This document shows positions 57,026 to 64,000 of a DNA stretch of 64,000 nt, piece after piece. Made by a program: the position numbers and the translations under genes. The first letter of the stretch is position 1. Every line of letters starts with the position of its first letter. This stretch comes from Candidatus Parcubacteria bacterium (GTDB taxonomy: Bacteria; Patescibacteriota; Patescibacteriia; PEXW01): the NCBI GenBank assembly GCA_003597955.1, contig QZJU01000020.1:13459-77458 (forward strand), in the 5' to 3' direction. The notes below the pieces were generated by a model. The model searched no databases, had not been told where the DNA came from, and saw only the letters and a program-made list of their open reading frames with translations.

Positions 57026-57892
57026 TTATTTATGAGAAATAATTATTAAACGCTCCTTCGTGCTTTGCGCCAGTATCTCGCCCTCCAAATCCGTCCGGTG
57101 GATTTCTGCATTGCTTTTCTGTAAACGCTCTAAAACGCTTGGCGCCGGATGGCCATATCGGTTTTTGGCGCCAACTGAAAGAATCGTATATTGCGGCTTG
57201 GTTGCATTTAGGAATTCTTCACTGGTTGAGGATTTACTGCCGTGATGTCCGACTTTTAACACTTCAACTGGGCGAAGCTGATTGGCGTCAACCAGCCGAC
57301 TTTCGACTTTGTCTGGCGCGTCTCCGGTAAATAAAAAATCTACTTCGCCATACGAAAGCTCCAAAACAATCGAGCCGAGATTCAAATTCTTAGGGTCAAA
57401 AGAAAAATCTTTCGGCGGCCAGAGAATCTTCGCCCGGACCTGGCCGAAAAAAATTTCCAGGCCTTGCGCGCCGTTAATTACCGGCAGGTTTTTCGCGGCG
57501 ATTTCAGCCAAAAAATTTTTTGACAATGCAGAATCGCTAAACGCTTCAGTCATCAACACGCGTTTAACCCGGCCAGTTTTTAAAAGCGCCAGCAAGCCCG
57601 TAATATGATCAGCGTCCAAGTGCGTGGCAACCAGCAAATCAACATTCCGGTCAGTCAAGGGCAATTTCGCGTCGACTTGCTCCACGAATTTCTGGCTTGG
57701 GCCACCGTCAATAATAATGGTTTCCTGGCTGGGCGTGCGGATAATTATGCCGTCACCTTGGCCGACATCGGCAAACCAAACTCTTAAAGTCTGGTCTGCA
57801 CGGCTTTGCCAAAACCAAATTCCAAGGCTCAAAACCAAGAAACCAATCAGGCTTAAGGCGAATTTTTTACTAATCAAAAAGCGGTTTGACAT
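57026..57892 (-). CDS. comEC: ComEC C-terminal metallo-beta-lactamase domain (separate ORF)
   Basis: DVGQGD, ATHLDADH and VGHHGS motifs. It overlaps the upstream membrane ORF by 23 nt in a different frame. Confidence 0.8.
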   Translation of the reverse strand: MSNRFLISKKFALSLIGFLVLSLGIWFWQSRADQTLRVWFADVGQGDGIIIRTPSQETIIIDGGPSQKFVEQVDAKLPLTDRNVDLLVATHLDADHITGLLALLKTGRVKRVLMTEAFSDSALSKNFLAEIAAKNLPVINGAQGLEIFFGQVRAKILWPPKDFSFDPKNLNLGSIVLELSYGEVDFLFTGDAPDKVESRLVDANQLRPVEVLKVGHHGSKSSTSEEFLNATKPQYTILSVGAKNRYGHPAPSVLERLQKSNAEIHRTDLEGEILAQSTKERLIIISHK

Positions 57893-59318
57893 ATTTACCG
57901 AATAAAATTCGCAAAACCAAGACGATTGCGAAAACCAAAGTGACTGCCAGCCAGAGCGGCATTATCAAGCTAGCACCGGGCAAACGCGATCCGAAGACCG
58001 AAACCAGCTCGACAAATTTTAAAAAACCCCAAGTCGCTAGACCGACCAATTGGGCTGTGGGCGGCCAAACCAAATTTGCCAGGCCGACAAAGCTTACCAA
58101 GCCCATAATCCATGGCACCAGCGGTACGACAATTAGGTTGGTAATGGGACTGATGATGGAAATTTGCTGAAAATTTATCAAAACCACTGGCAGGGTTCCG
58201 CAAGTCGCGGCCAAAGTCGCGCTTAAAACTTCACGCACAAATTTCGGCAACCTGGCCAACCAAATTTGAAACGGCTGGCTAAAAGCAATTAGCCCGAAAG
58301 TCGCGCCAAAGGAAAGCTGGAAGCCGAGATTATCCCAAAGCAAAGTTGGGTTTATTATCAACAAAACCGCGGCCGCGGCGAATAAAACATTCAGGCCGGA
58401 AACCGGCCGGCCGATATTCTGTATCGCTAAAGCCAAAATCGCCATTACCGCCGCGCGTAAAATTGAAGCTTCACCCCCGGTCAGGATTACAAAACTAAAA
58501 GCCAGAACCGAGATTAGGCCGATTCTGATAATTTTTGGAAAGTATTTGTTGAAAACAAAAATAAACAAAATCAATATCAGGGAAAGGTTTTGGCCAGAAA
58601 CCGCAATTAAATGACTAAGCCCGGTCCGTCTGAATTCGTCAAGGCTGGTCTGGGAAAAAAATGACGTTTCACCGATGGTCATGCCCGCAGCCAGACTGGC
58701 CTCTTGGAACGGTAAAACCTTTTGCAGGCTTTTAATAAATTTCATCCGACCTTGCCAGATAAGATCCCGGTAATTAAAACTGGCCGCCGCAATTACTTTT
58801 ACGCGCGGGTTTGCGCAAAATCCGGAAATTCGCTCACGCCGGATCTGCGCAGGGGTTAATTTTGGTTCGGAAATCTCCCGGCAAAAAACTTCAAGCGTAT
58901 CATTAATTTTTATCTCCCGATCTTGAATTGTCGCCAAAACCCGGAATCCTTTTTCCAGTTCAATGATGAGTTGCTGCCGGTTTGTGCTTTTTAAAGTGAT
59001 GTTTTTAACCGACCCCCGGCCGGTAAAATCGCTTTTTACCAGCTTAGGAAAATTTAAAGCCTGCTGGGTTCGCAAAAAAATTAAACCTATCAAAAGTAGG
59101 CTGCAAAATATGCCGCGCAAACCCGCGCGCCAGATAATAACCCAAACTAGTAAAAAAATCAGCCAAGCCGCTTTTAACCAAATCGAAACCCCCGGATACC
59201 CAAGAGTGATTCCGGCGCAGACGGCGAAGGTTGAAATAAAAAGCCAGCGAGAGGGCGTCATATTGCCTGCTCGTCCGCTTGTCTTTTTTAATTTAATAGA
59301 AACATTTAAAGATGTCAA
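57870..59318 (-). CDS. comEC: ComEC/Rec2 membrane channel portion (DUF4131 plus Competence domain)
   Basis: 482 aa, polytopic, with the conserved GLSHLIAVSGQNLS region. It was either split from the MBL domain by a frameshift or is genuinely bipartite. Confidence 0.8.
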   Translation of the reverse strand: MTSLNVSIKLKKTSGRAGNMTPSRWLFISTFAVCAGITLGYPGVSIWLKAAWLIFLLVWVIIWRAGLRGIFCSLLLIGLIFLRTQQALNFPKLVKSDFTGRGSVKNITLKSTNRQQLIIELEKGFRVLATIQDREIKINDTLEVFCREISEPKLTPAQIRRERISGFCANPRVKVIAAASFNYRDLIWQGRMKFIKSLQKVLPFQEASLAAGMTIGETSFFSQTSLDEFRRTGLSHLIAVSGQNLSLILILFIFVFNKYFPKIIRIGLISVLAFSFVILTGGEASILRAAVMAILALAIQNIGRPVSGLNVLFAAAAVLLIINPTLLWDNLGFQLSFGATFGLIAFSQPFQIWLARLPKFVREVLSATLAATCGTLPVVLINFQQISIISPITNLIVVPLVPWIMGLVSFVGLANLVWPPTAQLVGLATWGFLKFVELVSVFGSRLPGASLIMPLWLAVTLVFAIVLVLRILFGKYVKPLFD

Positions 59319-59361
59319 AACACCCTAACTTCTTTAAGTTAGGGTGTAATAAATGTTCAAA

Positions 59362-61215
59362 TCACTTAACCGTCACGCTCTTAGCCAGGTTGCGCGGTTT
59401 ATCCGGGTTCAGGCCGCGGAGCCGGGCAATGTGGTAGGCAAAGAGCTGCAGAGGCACGACCGCAAGGATCGGCGTTAGGTAATAATCAATCTGCGGAATC
59501 CAGATAACATCATCCACGCAATTTTTAATTTCATCGTCGCCATCGGTGGCCACGGCGATGATCCTGCCTCGGCGGGAACGAATCTGCTGGATGTTTGTGG
59601 TTATCTGGGAATAATAATCGTCTTGTTTTGGTGCGATGACCAAAGTCGGAAAACCGCCGTCGATCAAAGCGATCGGCCCGTGTTTCATTTCGCCGGCGGA
59701 ATAACCAATGGCATTCACATAGGCAATCTCTTTGAGTTTTAAAGCGCCTTCCAAGGCCACGGGATAATTCACGCCCCGGCCTAAATACAGAAAATTGGGA
59801 TAACCGGCATACCGCTTGGCCGCGTCTATTATTTCGTTTTCACGATTTAAGACTTCGGTCACCAGCAAAGGCAGTTTGCGCAAATCGGCGAGAAGCCGAT
59901 CATGCCAATTGATTTTTGGCAAACCGCGAATTTGGCGCAAATACATCGCAATAAGGAAGAGTGTCACGAGCTGATTGGTAAACGCCTTAGTGGAGGCCAC
60001 GGCGATTTCCATGCCAGCGTGAATGTAAACGCCTTTACCGGTAAGCCTGGCGATTTCACTGCCGACCTTGTTGACAATGCCAAAGCAAGGCAGATCCTGC
60101 TGCTTGAGGGTTTTTAGCGCGTCCAGCAGGTCTTTAGTTTCACCAGACTGGCTAATCGCCCAAAACGCGGTTTGGACAGGGAATATCGGTCGCTTTTGGT
60201 TGGCCAATTCCGAAGCGCTTTCCCAATCGGCCGACAACTCGGCAAGCTCTTGGAAAAAAATCTTCGATATCATACCGGCGTTTAAGGAAGTTCCGGCGCC
60301 CACAAAGACATGGTTTTGCATCATACGTAAAAGTTCTTGGTGCGAGTCTAGTCCGCCGAGTTTAACTGTACCGTCATCCAACAGTCGACCGCGCAGAGCT
60401 TGCGTAAGCACTTGAGGCTGCTCCTTAATCTCCTTGCTCATAAAATGGTCATGTTCGCCTTTTTCCGCGGTTTCTAATGACCAAGGAATTGTTTCGACCT
60501 CGTTTTCCACTTTATCGGCGTTCATATTCACCACTTGATAGTCTGAACCTGAAATCCAGCCTAAGTTCCCATCTTCCAGATTGACCATGCGGTCAGTGTA
60601 GAACCGAAACGCCAACGGATCCGAGGCGATAAAATTACCCTTGAGGCTCAAGCCTAATGCCAGGGGCGCGCCATTTCGCGCAAAAAAAATCCTATCGGAA
60701 AAACCCGCCATCAGCACGGCCAGGCCAAAAGTGCCTTGCACTTGCTGCAGCGCGGTCCGCAGAGCCAGCACAGGATCATCTTTGTAAACTTCAGCGATCA
60801 GGTGAACCAGCAATTCCGTGTCCGTTTCGGAACGCAGAACGTGTCCGCGCTTGAGAACGAGGCTTTTTAAAGTCTCAAAATTATCCAGAGTACCGTTGTG
60901 AACCAGCGCTATCTGGATTTTACACGCTTGGCCGTTTCCACACCCCCGGTGCGGGTGCGCGTTTGTTTCATTCGGCTCGCCGTGCGTCGCCCAACGGGTG
61001 TGGGCAATGCCGGCGGTAATGTTTGGACGGCATAATTTTTGCGTGGTGGTTTCTAAACCGTTAACCGATCCAGCCTGCTTGATTACGCAAAGCTCTTTGT
61101 CGTCAAAGACGGCAAGGCCGGCTGAATCATAACCTCGATATTCCAGCTTTTTCAGCCCAGAAATCAATCTGGGGAGGGCTGGCTCTTTGCCGACATAACC
61201 AACAATTCCACACAT
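59362..61215 (-). CDS. glmS: Glutamine--fructose-6-phosphate aminotransferase
   Basis: N-terminal MCGIVGY (Ntn amidotransferase) and two SIS domains. 617 aa. Confidence 0.95.
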   Translation of the reverse strand: MCGIVGYVGKEPALPRLISGLKKLEYRGYDSAGLAVFDDKELCVIKQAGSVNGLETTTQKLCRPNITAGIAHTRWATHGEPNETNAHPHRGCGNGQACKIQIALVHNGTLDNFETLKSLVLKRGHVLRSETDTELLVHLIAEVYKDDPVLALRTALQQVQGTFGLAVLMAGFSDRIFFARNGAPLALGLSLKGNFIASDPLAFRFYTDRMVNLEDGNLGWISGSDYQVVNMNADKVENEVETIPWSLETAEKGEHDHFMSKEIKEQPQVLTQALRGRLLDDGTVKLGGLDSHQELLRMMQNHVFVGAGTSLNAGMISKIFFQELAELSADWESASELANQKRPIFPVQTAFWAISQSGETKDLLDALKTLKQQDLPCFGIVNKVGSEIARLTGKGVYIHAGMEIAVASTKAFTNQLVTLFLIAMYLRQIRGLPKINWHDRLLADLRKLPLLVTEVLNRENEIIDAAKRYAGYPNFLYLGRGVNYPVALEGALKLKEIAYVNAIGYSAGEMKHGPIALIDGGFPTLVIAPKQDDYYSQITTNIQQIRSRRGRIIAVATDGDDEIKNCVDDVIWIPQIDYYLTPILAVVPLQLFAYHIARLRGLNPDKPRNLAKSVTVK

Positions 61216-61273
61216 AAGCGTTTCCGCCTTTCTTATTTAGTTGTCAAAGCAATTCTCTATTTTTTGGTTTAAG

Positions 61274-61307
61274 TCAAAAACACCTTAGCGCATTCCCCTG
61301 CTAAGGT
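61274..61307 (-). terminator. Rho-independent terminator after prfB
   Basis: Hairpin ccttagc-aggggaatgcg-ctaagg followed by a T-run on the minus strand. Confidence 0.55.
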
Positions 61308-61319
61308 CAAAAATATGGT

Positions 61320-62415
61320 TTATTTTTTGCCGGCTGACCAACGCAGATACCCTTCAATAAACTTGTCCAAATCCCCGTTTAAAACCTCGTCGGGCTGGTG
61401 GCTTTCAACCTCGGTTCGATGATCTTTGACTAATTTGTACGGCTGTAAAACATAGCTTCGGATTTGGTTGCCCCAGGCGGCTTCACTGTATGCTCCGCGC
61501 AATTCTTGTTTTTCAGCTTGCTGTTTGTTAAAGGAAATTCGGTGAAGCTTGGCCCTCAAGATTTTCATAGCCGTTTCCTTGTTTTGTTTTTGCGACCTTT
61601 CGTTCTGGCAGGTTACGACGATATTCGTTGGAATATGCACAATTCTCACGGCCGAGTAAGTCGTCTGTACGCTTTGACCGCCGTGGCCTGATGACAAAAA
61701 AGTGTCTATCCGCAAATCTTTTTCCTCAATAGGAATCTCTTCCACTTCATTAAATTCCGGCAAAACCTCCACTAAAGCAAATGAAGTATGCCGCATTTTT
61801 TCCGCATCATAAGGAGAAATCCTGACCAAGCGGTGAACGCCGGCTTCTGATTTTAAATAGCCATAAGCATATCGACCTTCCACGATCACGGTAGCGCTTT
61901 TTATGCCGGCTTCCTGGCCGCGGGATTCATCGACAATCTTTGCAGCCCAGCCCTTCTTTTCGCAAAACCTGATCAGCATGCGCAAAAGCATTTCGGCCCA
62001 ATCCTGGGCGTCAACGCCGCCAGTGCCCGCATGTATCGCAAAAATCGCATTTTTTTCATCATGCTGGCCAGCCAGTAAAACTTGGAATTCCAATTTTTCA
62101 TATTGGTTCTTCAGCTCAAAATATTTTTTTTCAATCTCCGCTTGTAAATCCGCCTCCGCTTTCGCTTCTTCCGAAAATTTTAGCAATTCATCCAGATTTT
62201 TACGCAGATCCGTCCAGGCTTTTATTTCCTGACGCATTTCTTCCGCATGGCGGCTGACGGCTTTAGCATTAACCGTGTCCGCCCAAAAATCCGGCTGACT
62301 CATTTGGTCATCCAGTTCTTGAATTTTTTGTTTTCTTTGGTCTAAGTCAAAGCAACCTCCAAGTCGAAGTCAGCTTCGCCTGGAGGTCTTGAATCTGATT
62401 AAGAATTGCGGGCAT
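61320..62415 (-). CDS. prfB: Peptide chain release factor 2 with a programmed +1 ribosomal frameshift
   Basis: The downstream frame carries SPY (the RF2 SPF-variant) and GGQ (SGHGGQSVQTT). A short upstream ORF, MPAILNQIQDLQAKLTSTWRLL, ends at CTT TGA C. That site is preceded by GGAGG at the canonical spacing. A +1 shift continues ...DLDQRKQKIQELDDQMSQPDFW into the main ORF. Confidence 0.88.
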
Positions 62416-62438
62416 ACTTAAATCTTAACAATTCTGCG

Positions 62439-63707
62439 CTACTGCTTCAATTCCGCCAAAGTGACTTCGATTGTTTTTTCTTTACCGCCGCTTAAAATTT
62501 TCAGGGTGACCGAATCGCCTGGGGCGTGTTTTTGGATTTCCGAAGCCAAAGAATGGTCGTCGTCAATCTTCACACCATCAAGTTCCAAAATAATGTCGTC
62601 GGCCTGCAGACCGGCTTTTTCTGCTGGGCTGCCTGGCACGATTGCGGGCTCATTGACCCCGGAACCTTTCTGAATCAAGGCCCCGTAGTCCACGCTTAAT
62701 TTTTCTTGTGCTTGAATTTCTTGGGTGACTTGGACGTACCTAACTCCCAAATACGGCCTAACTACCTTGCCGGTTTTTCTTACGCTTTCAAACACCTTGC
62801 TGGCTTCGTTGGAAGGTATGGCAAACCCAATCAGCTGGCCTTCCTGGCTGACTGCCGTATTCACTCCGATCACGGCACCGCTTAAATCCACCAAAGGTCC
62901 GCCTGAATTTCCCGGGTTTATAGCGGCATCAGTTTGGATGACATCCGAAAGGTTTTCCGAGCTATTGCCGTCACCGGCCGTCACTTCCCGCGCTAAACCC
63001 GAAACAATGCCTTTAGTGACTGTATTTTCATACTGACCTAAAGCGTTCCCAATAGCAATGACCGTCTGGCCGATCTGCAAGGCATCGGAATTTCCCAATT
63101 GCAAAGACTTGAGGTTGTTTGCCTCGATCTTAACCACGGCCAGATCATTAAATGGATCTGTGGCTACGACTTTGGCCGCGTAAGTTTTACCGTCATTGGT
63201 GACTACGGAATATTCAGCTTGATCATCGTTAACCACATGCTTGTTGGTCATGATGTAACCATCGGCCGTCAAAATAAAACCTGACCCACCGCCAACTTGT
63301 TGCAAGCCTTGCCTTGGTTGGGGACCAAAAAAGAAACTGTAGGGGCCGGACTGGCTGTAAATTTTACTTAAATCTTTGCTGATGATGATGCTGACGACAG
63401 ATGGCTGGACTTTTTTTACTACTTCCACGGTTTCCGACTCTTCTTTCACGCTTAGGGTCTGCGTCGTGTCAGACGGGGCACTGGTCTTATTGGAAAAAGT
63501 TTTATTAAACCATTTGTCGAATTGCCCCGTGGCAAAAAGCCCGGCTACGGCCCCGCCGAGCGTGCCTAAAACCAAACTCAAAATCACGGCCACGACCAAG
63601 GTTTGATATGTGATCGCAGGCTGGCGCGGGGACTTTTGCGTTTTAGCCAAGTCAGCTGGCCGATTTTCCGGATTCCCCGGTTCGGGATTTGGGTTTTGGA
63701 TAAACAT
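62439..63707 (-). CDS. htrA: HtrA/DegP family serine protease with a PDZ domain
   Basis: The catalytic triad context is HVV...D...GNSGGPL. A C-terminal PDZ domain and an N-terminal TM anchor are present. Confidence 0.9.
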   Translation of the reverse strand: MFIQNPNPEPGNPENRPADLAKTQKSPRQPAITYQTLVVAVILSLVLGTLGGAVAGLFATGQFDKWFNKTFSNKTSAPSDTTQTLSVKEESETVEVVKKVQPSVVSIIISKDLSKIYSQSGPYSFFFGPQPRQGLQQVGGGSGFILTADGYIMTNKHVVNDDQAEYSVVTNDGKTYAAKVVATDPFNDLAVVKIEANNLKSLQLGNSDALQIGQTVIAIGNALGQYENTVTKGIVSGLAREVTAGDGNSSENLSDVIQTDAAINPGNSGGPLVDLSGAVIGVNTAVSQEGQLIGFAIPSNEASKVFESVRKTGKVVRPYLGVRYVQVTQEIQAQEKLSVDYGALIQKGSGVNEPAIVPGSPAEKAGLQADDIILELDGVKIDDDHSLASEIQKHAPGDSVTLKILSGGKEKTIEVTLAELKQ

Positions 63708-63735
63708 AATTTAAGGGTAATTTATTAAGCTTAGA

Positions 63736-63765
63736 AAAACCTGAAAAAACGGGGATAAAGAAAAG
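63736..63765 (-). promoter_or_regulatory. Candidate promoter with an extended -10 (TGtGGTATAAT) for htrA
   Basis: The minus strand reads ctgtggtataatatcc about 40-60 nt upstream of the htrA ATG. Confidence 0.4.
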
Positions 63766-63808
63766 CCTGGATATTATACCACAGCCCGTAGTAAGGGCTT
63801 AAAAAAAT

Positions 63809-64000
63809 TTAGGCTGGCAAAATCTTTTCGGGGGCAACTTGAGTCGGACTTTGGTTTAGATTTTGATTTGTTTCCTGGGAATTCACATTAGCCGGAGTAT
63901 TTACATTACTGCTGGTATTGTTTATTTTTGCCAGGTTGAATAATTCAGTCAAGCTGACAAAACGATAGCCCATAGCTTGCAAATCGCTGACGATTTTAGG
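63809..64000 (-). CDS. Polysaccharide deacetylase family protein, C-terminal fragment (5' part lies beyond the window)
   Basis: Translation ...PKIVSDLQAMGYRFVSLTELFNLAKINNTSSN...* has a typical NodB-domain C-terminus. Confidence 0.5.
   Translation of the reverse strand, partial: PKIVSDLQAMGYRFVSLTELFNLAKINNTSSNVNTPANVNSQETNQNLNQSPTQVAPEKILPA

Noticed and set aside
61216-61319. Possible glmS ribozyme in the glmS 5' leader
   Set aside because: The intergenic region is only about 100 nt. It is mostly occupied by the prfB terminator hairpin and lacks the conserved glmS ribozyme core sequences I could recall.
1-64000. CRISPR arrays, rRNA operons, prophage or integrase genes
   Set aside because: There are no regularly spaced direct repeats with unique spacers, no rRNA-like conserved stretches and no integrase or recombinase ORFs. 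The repeats present are palindromic REP/MITE-like elements, not CRISPR.

Overview
The window is 64 kb of low-GC DNA (about 45%) that is densely packed with genes, and its content looks like a Candidate Phyla Radiation (Patescibacteria) type genome. Most genes are translation, repair or envelope housekeeping functions. Recognised proteins are PheS (partial), IleRS, ArgRS, GlyRS, IF-3, L35, L20, RF2 (prfB, with the classic programmed +1 frameshift site), SmpB, GlmS, RecO, RmuC, TatD, a UvrD-type helicase with a C-terminal nuclease, a Clp ATPase, HtrA, a split ComEC, two ABC exporters, a two-subunit [NiFe] hydrogenase, and large BNR and NHL surface proteins. RNA genes are tRNA-Asp(GUC), a tmRNA directly downstream of smpB, and a degenerate tRNA-like element. 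The accessory content is where the interest lies. (1) A REP-associated tyrosine transposase (RAYT) gene sits in the same window as a family of 'ccccgcacca' palindromic REP-like hairpins. Three copies of a 102-105 bp MITE-like element carry the same hairpin sequence as 18-22 bp terminal inverted repeats. Two of those copies bracket a small beta-carbonic-anhydrase-like gene. (2) IleRS carries a complete histidine-phosphatase (phosphoglycerate-mutase-like) domain inserted in its catalytic core. (3) An anomalously GC-rich (about 60%) two-gene insert lies between argS and smpB. (4) A GIY-YIG nuclease gene is inserted immediately after ssrA. (5) An AT-rich islet at tRNA-Asp holds a duplicated tRNA 3' half, a zinc-ribbon miniprotein, an unknown 310-aa protein and a translationally coupled NUDIX hydrolase. 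(6) An uncharacterised three-gene envelope operon lies next to an SPFH gene, with a small GC-rich palindromic insertion in the shared promoter region. No rRNA genes or CRISPR arrays were seen.
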